Of a DNA stretch of 64,000 bases, positions 13,736 to 26,384 are shown in pieces. Location of the stretch: contig NC_134030.1 of NCBI RefSeq assembly GCF_964204645.1, positions 13,041,947 to 13,105,946 of the forward strand, read 5' to 3'. The position numbers were made by a program, and so were the translations under genes. This stretch comes from Tubulanus polymorphus (lineage: Eukaryota > Animalia > Nemertea). A model generated the notes under the pieces. That model did no database searches, was not told the DNA's origin, and saw only the letters and a list, made by a program, of their open reading frames with translations. Every line of letters begins with the position of its first letter. Position 1 is the stretch's first letter.

Positions 13736-15244
13736 TAGCAAAAACGAACATGTTATAAACGCATTGGTGGACCGAGGGAGTAACAATATTTCAAGCCCGG
13801 GCTGAAATTCGGTTAATTAAGATGTGTTCGCCATCCAACAGTTAAGTACCGTACTATACTGATGAAGTAATACTATAGGGCCTAGTAATTTACTGACCAA
13901 CTTAGGATACACAAAGCAGCATCATAACAATACATGACACAGTTCTCTCACACTGATTTGTGCTTCAGTCGTGAATTGCAGGTGTTTTGGTTCAGACATT
14001 CATTCACGTTATCTTGGAATCAAAATTAATATGATAGGACCAGTTTAGGCGCTTTTTTAATTACTTGGATTTTGGGAGGAAATCTTTGGTGGGGAAAAGT
14101 GAAAGAATTTTAAAATTCTTTATTCAGAGGTGGTGTACACTTTTACGTAGGTGGAAGGGAAAAAAAGAAAAAAACGTTTCTTTTTTTACCTATTTCTTAA
14201 GGCAGAATTCAAAAGAATTCATAAAAAAATTAAGAAATGACATTTTTCACTTAAGAATCTAAGCTCCCAGAGTAATTGAGCTGTTTCATGAATCGCCTGG
14301 ATTTCAGATCGATCTCCGAGAATCTAGTCATTTAAGAATTCCAGTTTTCTCTCAAGTAGGCCTATATGGGATAGATAACAGCTCTCCATTAATCTACAGA
14401 GTCAATTAACCCTGTAATTAAATGGAGATGTATCGCAACTGCTCTGTGTCAGACTATTACGGACTGGAACTTATGCCATTTCACTAACCAGTTTATGAAT
14501 CCACAAAGGAATATAATTAAACTGACACACTGATGAGATATCTAGCTTTACTTGTATTTTAAGCATATGAAAATAAAAGATTTTCTTATTTTATTTTTCT
14601 TATATCCGTTTTTTGTTAGGGCAGGTAGCGGACAAAAAGAATCCAAAAATAAAAATCTTTTTACTCAAGAAAACCGGGAATTCTCGAATGCAAGTAGGCC
14701 TAATAAAAAATACATGTATATGTTCTGACCGTGTTGCCGGCCCATAGGCCTACCCAGCCTCTCAGAACGGTTCTTGGGCTGTTTTTCAGAATGGTTCCAA
14801 ATCACAGACAGGTTACTGGCAGCAGGCCTATACGCAGTCTGTCGGGAATGGCTCTGGGGTGCTGCGGATGCGTGCGTTGGTGGTAAATTTTGTATGGGTG
14901 CGTTCAAATAATGTAGTAACTTTGTACAGGGGGAGAGGGGTCAAAAATAAATATACGTACTTTACTGAGAGGGCTCTCTTAAGTAAATATACGTATTAAT
15001 CAGACGAGAGATATCAAAAATTTTGTCAAACAGTGATACAAAATACAGAATCCTAATATCATCGTCGCTTTTGAATTAGCGACTTTCTCGGCGTTTTCTT
15101 CAATTAGGCTTCATGGTAGGTCAACATTGTAAACGTAATATCATGCAATTCAATGGTTGATGGGGATGAGGGGGATTTCAAAATGAACGTATGGGAGGTG
15201 TCAGACGAGGGTGGGGAGGTGTGGGGTCAGTTCCAAGAACCCTG

Positions 15245-15354
15245 GGCCCGGTTTTATAGACTGATATTACCTTTAACCCGAGGGCTAAATCAATTCATTT
15301 TTTAATTGAGTTAGCCCCTGGGTTAACGGTAATACCGGTCTATTAAACCGGTCA
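15245..15354. mobile_element. 110-bp palindromic Harbinger-type MITE
   Basis: ggcccggtttt...aaaccggtca, near-palindromic throughout, flanked by CTG on both sides. Confidence 0.6.
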
Positions 15355-15618
15355 CTGAACATTTGCAGGATTTACATTAATTTCTTGGCCGATTGAAGTG
15401 AATGTATTTCGTAAGCAAAACAAAAATATATAAGCCTCAGGATTCGGGAATTATGCGCTGAGGTGCTGTGCTCACGACCAACATAGACCCGTGCGCTCTA
15501 CGAAAGAGTCGTCTACTGGATGGGTAGGCCTATTGAGCTAATACGCTTATAAAATGTACGCCTCAAACTATGAACGCACACACACACACACATCGTCAAC
15601 CCAGTCACTAAGCCGTAC

Positions 15619-15921
15619 CGTGGTATCCTCTTCAGTATAGATTATTATTTTATAGTCATCAGTATTATCACATACCTTTTTCTGGTTTGATGCAGATTTA
15701 CCAAATTCTGGATCTTCATTTAAAGTTTCTACAGACTGTATATATTTCATTTCGTCAGTTGCCTCGTTTTCACTGACCAAAAATCGTCGTCTAATCCGAC
15801 CCTGCGATTCTACAATTACCGGACTACGATAGTAAATTCTAGGATAAGCCGAGCTTAGACTCCGGACAATTTTCCCAGCAGTACCCGAGCCTGAATTCGA
15901 TTGATGTATCCGTTTATTCAT
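15619..15921 (-). CDS. CNBD2-like gene, candidate alternative first or cassette coding exon
   Basis: 101 open codons MNKRIHQ...TEEDTT ending at phase-0 donor ACG|GTACGG. An in-frame but weak acceptor (ctag) would extend it to 15969. Confidence 0.45.
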
Positions 15922-18900
15922 TTGATTAATCTTAGGCCCTTTTCCAGTAATAACAGATTCCGTTTGACGCTAGTTCCAGTGTAATTGGATTAGTTTGATA
16001 TTCAAGTGTGTCTGATCTAATGGCATTCTTATGTCTAAATCTGATGTATGCTGGTAAAAAAATGCCATCATTTATTAACTTGAAACGACATTGTCTGAAC
16101 GACATTCTCACGGCATTGTCTGAAAAACAAGTCGTTACGAGAAACACTCTTTATTTCATAGGTCTACCCACTCTGTGGTGTATATACATTTCTAAAAATA
16201 TAATGATTAGTGGCCATTTTGACATCGTTTAGTCTGAACGGGAATGAATTACGTATGTCGTCTCATATCTAGCTTAAGTCTAGATTAGGGATTTATATAC
16301 ACGCGCAGGTCGTAGCCATGGCAGATATTCCCAGGCTGTACAAAGGCCTTTATTCAAAGGCCCTAAGAAAATAATTTGAGAATTTCTATACATTTTGTAA
16401 AAATCGTGTGTAAAGCTATAATTTAGCTTGTAGGCTACCGACTTATTTCGGTAACACAGCTCGCCCTAAATGAAGGTTTGACTTAACGAGCAGGGCGATT
16501 TTAGGTGGAATTATCCCCATTTCGACCAAGCACCCTTTAATTTTTGGGTGATTTTTGTCTAAATAGATCTTTTGTTACAATACAATAGGCCTAAATGATT
16601 TACGTACACTTAGACCAATTAAGATTACTAATAATCAATACCTTCATTACTTAAACATCTAAGGGAAATGTTAATAATTTTGAATGAAGGGGGCTTATCA
16701 CCTGGGGTTCTAAAGTGCTTTGGGTCATCATTTTACGTGGATTACGATGTCGACATTTATGGTTAGGCCTATTTGTCCTCAATCGAAAAGTGTTTGTGGA
16801 ACCTACGTACATATTTCAATAGATGAACAGCACATGAAAATACGTAAATATATTGCATTTTGTTGTATTGCAGGTAAATAAATGGTTTAGGGCAACGGGT
16901 TATAACAACGGGACAAATTTGAAAACGTACACTGTTACATTTATTCATAGGCCTAGCAATGACTGCGGTTTTTGATGGTTGTAGTTATATTGGAATGAAC
17001 CAGCAAATCATTCAAATTCCGAGGTCGTCGATATGCTACCTCTTGACCTCTTGATGTGGCCTAAATTAGAGGTCCAGTGCGCATCGACTCACACAGAACC
17101 CCTATAATGCGTATTCAATATACACATGCATTAACATTATTGTAGCGGTTTTTACGGCGTCAAAGAAAACTCGTCTATAAGGACCTATAATTCACAACTG
17201 TATTTCTTATTTTGAGACGCCCTAGGCCTAGTGCACATCGACGACCTAGGCCTAGTGCACATCATGGTATCAATGTACAGGCCCTATAGCCTAACATTAT
17301 TGTAAAAATTTTGGTGTAAAAAGAAACTCGTCGATTCGTCAATCTGCATCAAACTGCATTGGTGGATTCAAAGTCTGACGAAATAAAACTCCACGCAATC
17401 ATTGTTGTGGCTATTGAGTGAAGGTAGGCCTAATGGGACTGACTGATACACGATTGACGACAAACGGCCCGATTTACTAGGCCAAGTACCCGTTTACGTT
17501 CATTGTTTTTGACGTAAATTTTGGATTTGATAGCAATATCCGACAATCAGAAACCAACCAATGTCGAGGAAATTTCCTTCGACAATTTTACGATCACCTA
17601 ATAATAGATATCAATTTCGTAATATAGCTATATTTGAGTTTTATTTGGTGATAACCGTTAAAATGATGGAGAATCTGCAATTACCGGAACCTAGGCCACA
17701 CAAATCAATTCCCTAGTTTCTCAAAAAAGGTCAAATTCCAACCGCGAAATGTCCCTAATAGAAATTGAAAAGTCAAATGCGTTCGCCCGCATTGACAAAG
17801 CATCAATCGTCTGTTTTTTTTATAGAAATTAAAGCCCGCTCGCCCGGTATCCAACATACCGATACAGTCCTTCGATCCCAGCAACTTTTTATAGTGGTTG
17901 TCTACGCAAACACACATCCCCAGCCAATTAATAGGCCTATAAGGATTATAAGGTGCATATGATCCCCACCGACTCAAGATCTATGAGTTTCACCAACAAC
18001 TCGATAAAATAGGTATTTTCCCCGCTTTTTAGTTCTCACTATAGGCCTACATGAAAGCCCCAACCTCTATTTTGATTTAACTGCATGGAGATAGCGAACT
18101 AACCATCATCGTAGCAAAATTTGTCACTGTTAATCATACTAACATCTAGAGCTTTTTTTTAGCAGGAAGCCTACCTATTTCTCCTTTTTTTCTTACTTTA
18201 GCATTTTTGTTCGCCATATGGCATATAGACCTATTTACATAGGTAAATTTTTAGTTAATTTTCGCCAACACATTCACATAATGCATTCGAATGCGGTTTG
18301 CAAGTTGATTTTGTAAGTGGGATGGACTAAATGTATATTAGGCCTATGGCAAATTTTCTTGTTAAAAAGATATAAGGGTAATCCACGCAAGCGACCAGCG
18401 CCTCGATCCCAGTCACTTCATGTTAGGCAATTTCAGTCGAAAATGCTTCTGATTGTCAGATTGTCGAAAGAAATAATTTCAACCATACCCTTGGTATAAC
18501 AATTTGTACTGTTATTCGCCGCCTGAACTAATTAACCAGAAGTCCTTTAATTCCTTGTTACCGTCGAATAGGCCTATGTTTTTATAGCCTATGCATACCT
18601 TCAAATGACTAACATTGCTATCGTGATAAGCAGCTGATTGACAATAGGCATTGATGATTTAGGCCTATAACATTAGGCCTCTGATGAACAGCAAATGGAG
18701 AAAATAACAAAAAAAATATATAAATTTTAAAAGGGCATAGGCCTATAGCAACTCTCATTTCTTCTAATTGATCCCTCTTTTGATTACCTGGCTCAACTCC
18801 AGAATAGGTAAAGTAGATCTGCCCAGGCTGAGTAGCCTCCTATAGTACGTATTCTTCCGCGAGTAGCCTAGGGGAAATCGATGAGCAAGGTAGCCGACCT

Positions 18901-19014
18901 GTTCTACTAATTGTTCTAATTGTTCTAATTCCAACGATTTAAAATTGCCGACCTGTTTTACCCTACTTGTCGACGATTCCGACGATTTTAGATTGATGAA
19001 GGGAAGATAAATTT

Positions 19015-19390
19015 TCAAGCAAAGACACGGCCCTCGATCCCATTATCCACGTGTCTATAAAGCGTAATCTACGGACACACCCGGCCCCTCGATCCCAGCC
19101 ACTTTATATAAGGGTAATCTATGCAAACACACAGCCCCTCGATCCCAGCCACTTTATATAAAGGTAATCCACGCACACACGCAGCCACTCGATCCAAGCC
19201 ACTTTATATATATACATATAAGGGTAGGCTAATCCACGCACACACACAGCCCCTCGATCCAAGCCACTTTATATTAGGGTAATCCACGCAAACACACAGC
19301 CCCTCGATCCCGCCACTCTATATAAGGGTTATCAACGCAAACACACAGCCCCTCGATCCCAGCCACTTTATATAAGGGTAATCCACGCAC
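19015..19390. repeat. Minisatellite, ~7 copies of a ~52-62-bp unit (aagggtaatccacgcaaacacacagcccctcgatcccagccactttatat)
   Basis: Direct tandem copies; diverged copies at ~17860 and ~18372. Confidence 0.9.
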
Positions 19391-19478
19391 TTTGAAACCC
19401 AACCACTCACTTCATTAAAGAAAACCCTCCACGATGGAACTATATTGACTTATTCTCGAGTTGAACCGATTATCTTAC

Positions 19479-19970
19479 CATTTCAGTTTCGTCCTCTATG
19501 ACCATTTCATGTTGTGCATGTTTTAAATTAAACCGCCGTTTTCTCTGCAAATGATTATCTTTCAGGTTTCTCCGAAGTCTTTTGAGATCTGTCGCTGGTA
19601 CCACTGCCCTTATCCTTGAATCTTTTCCATTAGTCCCAAATCCTATCTTGCTCAGATTTACCCCCCATGCAGTCGAAGATGGCGTTATACTTATGTGACT
19701 AGCATTGGCTCCACGTGCAGTAGATAAACACAGTTTCGATCCAATTTTACTCGTTTGTTTTGTGAGAACACCTTTCTTTAAGTCGGTATTTTCAACGGCC
19801 GCTGCTATCGACTTTCTTGCACAGAGACTTTTTTGAAAGGGCACGCTTATAGGCCTACCTGGCTCTGTAGTTGCCGGACTAATCGAACGAAATACAGGAG
19901 ACAATGGATTGACATATTTCGGTGTCCATGTTCCTGAATCCACTGCTGTGGCCAGTTGAGGCATCATCAT
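19479..19970 (-). CDS. CNBD2-like gene, first coding exon (164 codons, low-complexity N-terminus)
   Basis: ATG preceded by in-frame TAA, acceptor attttatcag at 20015, strong phase-0 donor ATG|GTAAGA compatible with the micro-exon. Confidence 0.62.
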
Positions 19971-21407
19971 TTACCACGAATTTCGTTCTATGTAAATAGA
20001 AGCGTTTCCCTTTTCTGATAAAATGCAGACTGACACACTTAGCACTGCTATGACATATTTTTACAATTAAACTAGCAAGTAGGCTAGTCGATAATATTTA
20101 TCATTCCTAAATGGAGGTCAGTACATTTAAAGAATGTGTCATACAAACAGAAATCACAAACAGGTCGGCCTAATGCCTAGGTCAGAACGAGATGATATTT
20201 GTTAATGTTTCCTTCAACAATTTGCATCGACTAAGCGTTGCTAGGGCAAGCGTAATTTCAAATTCAATTAGAAAAGTAAGTAATCTACGTGCCCAACGCA
20301 CACTACTCAGAGGGAAACACCGACCGAAATACAGATTGATCTTTGAGACTTTGTTTCCAAAACCATTTGGCGCTGTCTATATTGCAATGGCTTTGCACCA
20401 AAATGAAATGCCATCGGCGTAAATCTCGCTGAGCTGCTGTTAAGACAGCTGAAAGAAATTTGATTTCAAACACGCATTAATCATCTTTAACCAGATGTTT
20501 CTTTAAATCTTCCGACAAAAATTTTGTCGATAAGCTCGATAAATGAGCCACACTATATAATTCTCAATGTAAACAAATTATAGCAGTCTTTTGCACTGCG
20601 ACTGGTTTTGTCCTGTAACATGTGCATGTCATTACATGTACGTGTAAATGTGATATGGTTAAGTTTAGAATCAACTTAACGAAAATAGCGCATCGTTTGC
20701 GGGTGTTAAAACTATGCACAACTAAAACAGGACCGAAGACCAATGCACTCATTAGAAATCATCACTAGTTGTGTATTCAACCACCTCTGTCGATGAGTGT
20801 AGGCAGAAACGCGTATGATACGTAAAATGGTCAGTTTTCTCAGGTGCATGTCTTCGTTTTAGTACTATAGTGCTTTGAATTAGTAACAACCACACAGGTC
20901 AAACTAAAGCTATGCGTGACTAAAACGGAGACCGAAGACCTATGCACTCATTAGAAACCAATCTCAAACGGAATTATCTATCTATTACCACTTCGGGGAA
21001 GCTCCAGTTACGCCTATCCTACCGTACCGGTACAACAATTGTGACATATTTACCTACTTATTTACTACGAATAAGTTTTCATTTTGTTTATATACGTGCG
21101 ATTTATTGTCATATTCGATTTTAATCGATTTTCATCATACTACGTTGTTGTGACTAATCAAAATTAAACACACTGGCAAAAAAATTAAACATGACTAAAA
21201 CGGATACCGAAGACCTATGTACTGTACTTTAACTAACTTAAAACATGGAATTATTTACGTAACCACTTCGAGGAAGCACCAACTATGACTATTCGTGAGA
21301 ACTGTGCGTACTTACGACGACTAAAACTAAGTTTTCCTACTATGGAGATATGTACGCATTTTACGAGAAATAAAGCTAGAAATTTTCATCTATGAATGTT
21401 AACGTTT

Positions 21408-21447
21408 TACCTGACGATGATCTCTAGGGTGAGATCGAAACGTCGTG
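21408..21447 (+). ncRNA. Minimal type I hammerhead ribozyme (Penelope-like element pLTR relic)
   Basis: tac-CTGACGA-t-GATCTC(tagggt)GAGATC-GAAA-CGTC-gtg: intact CUGANGA/GAAA core, 6-bp stem II, palindromic ACGT in place of stem III, 3-bp stem I; AATAAA ~25 nt downstream. Confidence 0.68.
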
Positions 21448-21671
21448 TCTTTTATATATTTTAGATTTAATAAATAAATTCTGGTTTTTAAATTCTTTTA
21501 ATCTGTAAATAGTGGGATTTTATCTTATCATCCGTTCACCACGTTTGAGTGTGGTCATCGTTCTACTAAGGCGGGAGTGTTACAGTGTGAATCGTGATCA
21601 ATGACTGTCTCTAGCGTCCATCCGACCAAGTTTCTTGGCAAAGCTTGTGGCAGGAAATTGGGTCCTGCTAA

Positions 21672-21840
21672 AGTACGAAACGACGAAATTACGAAATACG
21701 AAACGAAATTACAAAATATGAAACGTAATTACGAAAATGACGCGAAATTATGAAACTACGAAATTACGAAATGCGAAACGAAATATTACGAAATGTTGAT
21801 TTTCTGCGAGTAGTGCCAAAGTACGAAACGAAATACAAAG
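21672..21840. repeat. Degenerate (ACGAAAT)n repeat
   Basis: Many acgaaa(t/c) units in tandem. Confidence 0.75.
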
Positions 21841-22529
21841 AAATTGTCATATTTTACACACAGTTCAAGTAAGTGAGGGCATGTTTAGGCTTTTTTAATT
21901 ACTTGAATCATGTTCATGAGTTGTGGTTTCATCATTCATGCGCACGTAATTCTGAAAAAGCAATTTCTATCTTGATATTCCCGTCCCAAGTTTCTGCAAA
22001 AAGTCTAAAATGATCTGAAGACCTGACCTTAAGAATGGAATTGATTGAAGCACAGGTCTTAAGATCTTTAATAGTTTTTGAAGCTGCTGCGTCAAGCCCC
22101 ATGGGGCTCTTGTTCGTAAATTAAATGGAAGATGCCGTGAAACATTCGGAAACATGTTTCTATTCGTGGTTGGGCCTTCGCTTGGCCTATATTCGAATTG
22201 TGTTTAGTCCAAGCGTAGAATAGTCCCCGCTACAAGCTACGGTATAAAAAAGTAGTAGTTGTGCACATCGAGTGTTCCTATCGACATCGTGGGTATCGAC
22301 AAACCAACACACATATAGTCCCTCAATCCCACCCAGCCACAGGGTCATCAACGCTAAGCAAACTGTCCTTCGATTCAAGTCACTTGAATATAAAGGTAAC
22401 AAGAAAATAGCAAAAAAATTAACGTCTAGTCGTTTAAAAGGTGTTTCGGTATGTCAGTTTTTCGTGTTTAGGTATTTAGTTCTCGTATTTAGGACGTATG
22501 TCAGTTGTTGGTACGTCGGTGTCCTATCA

Positions 22530-22843
22530 ACCCTTGGCAGGGATTCGAACCGGATAGCATCGCTATACTCGGCGACGGCAACAACCCTTGCCACACTAGA
22601 TCGGGTGCGCATGTACATGCGCAGCTTTGCCACACAAAAACTTGCAGCGCCAAATCAGGTAATCGCTGTGGTAAATTTCACGGAAGAAATACAAACGGAA
22701 AAATTCGGGCTAAAACGGGACATCTGATTGGCTGATAATGCTATCATCTAAGCTGCGCATGTAGCTGCGCACTCAGTCTAGTGTGGCAGGGTTTCGTGCC
22801 GCGGCAATCTCGATGCCATCAGGTTCGAACCATGCCGGGGAGG
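22530..22843. mobile_element. Foldback MITE
   Basis: aacccttgccacactaga...tgcgcagct mirrored by agctgcgca...tctagtgtggcagggtt, with a more diverged outer inverted pair. Confidence 0.65.
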
Positions 22844-24470
22844 ATGGTATGTCCGTACGTCTGTATCAATGGGGTACCCACAGTGCTTCTGTGGCAATCG
22901 AGGATTCCACTCATGGCAGGCGAGAATCCGCCAGGTTCGCTAGTAGATAGTTGGTCGTCCGCGTTCGATTTCCTTCTACATCTCAATTAAATCTGAATGA
23001 ACTTTTCTCTTAAATGAATCAATCATCTATGAAAAATATATCGATTTCTGATTAAAGAATGAAAGTATTTCATATTTGGTGAGTCCTGTGATAGTATATG
23101 GATTCGGGAGTCTAAAAATCCAGTTCAAAGTTCATTGAAAATGAACTAATTTTGAAAACGAGCAACCTACTGCTCGTCACGCCATCTAATGGGATAGCTG
23201 GTTTTGCGGGTACCCCATAAGATAAGATTTAGTCTGCCCAATATTGGCGGATTAATTTCAAAAACCAGTCATTTTCTCTGCTGGAACTAATAATTGCTAT
23301 AACGGACTTGGGCAGAGCAGTCCGTTACTCTTTTACAGTACCATGCTCTTTCCATTTCAAGGCCTTCTATTTCAATCAAAATTGAACAAGGTACTTTTAT
23401 GCCGAAGTTATTTGTAAATCAATGAAAATTATACAAATAACTGGGAGCAGAAACATCTAATATCTTTTCGAGTCCCTTGCGATAATGTTTTGATTATTCC
23501 CGAAACACAAGATATTTATTTTCATTAAGGTATTGCACTGATATATCACGCAATTAAAAGCAGGTCAAGGCATATGGTTAAATTATCGGATGCGGAGACT
23601 TTTCTACTCAGTAATGAAATAATACTTAGTAACTTACTGTCCTCAGACTTAACTTTTAGCTGTTATGTTAGAATTGTTTCATTTTGTTTAAAGCAAAATG
23701 CATTTTTCAGAATTATCAGAATGGACAGTTTCTCCAGCCTAATCGACACATTTCAAGTTTTTTCTGAAAGATCGGTAGCCCCTAGGCCTCGATGGCCAAC
23801 TAATAGTCACTAACAAATTACAAGAACACTCAAGAGCTCCACAAGAAGAAAACAAACGTCAGTTCGTAGATATGATCACTGGTCAATTCACCATGGTATT
23901 TCACTAATTGAGGTTTTTTTTAACTTCAGAAAAAGAAGGCGCTTCTTCAAATTGCCACCAAACTGGCTTAAAGTTTGCATTGCAGTCTCTGGGATAACCT
24001 ATTACCGTAAACCTATTATGAGGAACGTACCCCCATGATTAGGCAGAGTACAGTATGGCAAAAAGTCTAGAAAAAGTCAATCGTATGTATTCGACAAAAA
24101 TAAATTTTCGTTGATGTGCCAACATGTTCCACAATTGTGTGTTAAACCAGGGGGTGTCCTCGCACATCCCTGGCTAACCATGAACTTTACAATGATTCAC
24201 TGTACGTTTAACTGCTAGGACCAAGCCCCGCCTGTGGATTCAGATCCCGTGAGTTAGTAAAAAACGAGCGCATACGAAACGCTTTTTAAGTGGAAACATG
24301 TGGCCTAGTCAAGAGTTTCACTCTGGTTTCAGTTACTGTTTAACTGAACAAAAGATTTGCTACTCAGCTTCGTATTTAAGCATAGAATTACTACATGACG
24401 CAAATATGTTTTATACTCACAAGGCCAGTAGCGATTAAGAATTTGTGGTGGATCGACCAACATAGAGAAA

Positions 24471-24516
24471 ATGGGATTTTTTCATGTTAGAGCTCTTGTA
24501 TTTTGTCTGCTAATTC
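24471..24516 (+). CDS. CAP gene exon 1 (signal peptide MGFFHVRALVFCLLI)
   Basis: gaaaATGG context, hydrophobic stretch, donor C|GTAAGT (phase 1). Confidence 0.68.
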
Positions 24517-24587
24517 GTAAGTAATATCTAACTCTCCCCTACCCTCTCACTGTTCTTCTACTTACATTGTTTCCTTATCTTTTCCAG

Positions 24588-24607
24588 CGTCTCTTTTGGA
24601 TGCACTA
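24588..24607 (+). CDS. CAP gene exon 2 (20-nt micro-exon, PSLLDAL; likely signal cleavage after LDA)
   Basis: Long pyrimidine tract ...ccttatcttttccag, donor GTAAGT, phase 1-0. Confidence 0.68.
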
Positions 24608-25428
24608 GTAAGTACGTGAAATTTCTTCATGAAACTAGGTCGAAATATACTATTTACACGTTTTGCCATAAGATCCAATAGGAACATTTTACTGATGATT
24701 AACAATGAAAGATTTAAATGTCAAGACCGCTTATATTTTGAGAATTTAATGTTTTGGCTGTTAAGAATTTTCAAGTTAATTCTATCCGTCTAACATATAT
24801 ATATTATCCGTTGGAAACCAATTTAATTATAGAATTTCGCTAAATGTCCATCGGTTGATTCAAGTCATACACTATGTTTACCCAACTCAAAGGCGGCAGG
24901 TGAGTTAGCAACACGAAAATTTTCTACATCAAGTGCATTGCTTCCGGGGCGAACTCAATGACGCTAGATGTACCAAAGTGAATATTAGCTAATATTTCCT
25001 AATTTCATTCTTCAACGAAGCTAGTCCGATAGAGAGTAAATGCAAATTGGCTCAAGATACCTTCTGCTCATATTAATATTCTAAAATGCTGTTGGCTTGA
25101 AAAAAGACGCATATCTAGATATCTACTTTGGTTTCACCCTTATCTGTCAGTATATGAACTAATGAACGTAATAGAAGTGGTTAACTAATGCAATATTTTG
25201 ATAACAACAGGGATATGTCCAGCGGACGCGTATTGCTCCTAGCCATTACATATTTGATAAAAATCTGGGCGCTAGTCGAGTATACGGCATTAGAGTGCGC
25301 GTGTAGAGTTGCCTGCCTGCCTGCCTGCCTGCCTAGCTCGCCGGACGGACGGACGGCACCCGACACGATAACTGCCAGCTTAACTAGTTAGTTTCAACGT
25401 TATGTGACAGACATTCATAAGTGACATT

Positions 25429-26384
25429 TGTTGAGTAATCTTTTGTTTTCTGAACGACACTCCAACCTGTGGCGCCCTCTCGGTTATGTTCTGGTTGTGG
25501 GTTTGTGTGGTCATTCATCGTATTGATTCCGCGAATGGCGGTAACGTACCTAACTGTTGATGAATAAATATTTGGTTATTATGAAATATTGTTTGTCGCA
25601 GGTGAGTCGGTTTCTTGTTTGTATGAATGCCTTGTTAAATGTGTATTGATGTTAAAAGAATATGTTGTATAAATGTGGTCATTCATCGTATTGATTCCGC
25701 GAATGGCGGTAACGTACCTAATGTCTATTTATTAATGGATGAGACCTGTTTTTCTTGGATATTTTGCTTACTTTTTGGGGTACATACCTCATTTATGTCT
25801 TAACAGAATGCCAAAAATCGCGGACAACAACTGAATATCCGATATATTTCCAGTTCTGTACCAATTAGATGGATTGGCAAAAAGACTGCTTAAGTCCAGT
25901 TGAATGAGAGAGAAAATCCTCCATTTTGTCAAATTTCTTGGATTTGAACATTGTTACCATGCCTACGCCACCCTGATTTAGTTGTTGAGACCCCACAAGA
26001 AAAATAACTTCATTTCGTAGGCATGGTGACAATGTAAAAATTCCATAAATTTCACAAAATGGAGGATTTTCTCTCATTCAACTGGACTTAAGGAGTCTTT
26101 TTGCCAATCCATCTAAATGGTACAGAACTGGAAATATATCGGATATTCAGTTGTTGTCCGCGATTTTTGGCATTCTGTTAAGACATAAATGAGGTATGTA
26201 CCCCAAAAAGTAAGCAAAATATCCAAGAAAAACAGGTCTCATCAATTAATAAATAGACATTAGTCCTAACTGTTGATGAATAAATATTTGGTTATTATGA
26301 AATATTGTTTGTCGCAGGTTGTTGGAGAGGCCGTGGAGTAACTTCTTTTACTGGTGGTTGGAGCCAAGGCTGTACACCCCCAAC
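25429..26384 (+). repeat. Solo-LTR-like repeat with internal ~97-bp duplication ending in a splice acceptor
   Basis: TGTTG...CAACA ends (no TSD found); unit 25506-25601 repeated at 25674-26317, where it is split by a MITE. Confidence 0.5.
25718..26263. mobile_element. Foldback MITE with ~215-bp TIRs
   Basis: ctaatgtctatttattaat... mirrored at 26047-26263; empty site visible in the sister repeat (gtacctaactg, ~25546). TSD imperfect, superfamily unclear. Confidence 0.85.

Noticed and set aside
20788-20818. ctgtcga...gaaacgcgta, a possible second minimal hammerhead
   Set aside because: Core is mutated (CUGUCGA) and stems I and II are poor; at most a dead relic.
25188-25391. ORF with a hydrophobic stretch as the CAP signal-peptide exon
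   Set aside because: Lies in a small repeat with (GCCT)n/(GGAC)n and has no suitable donor; 24471-24607 fits better.
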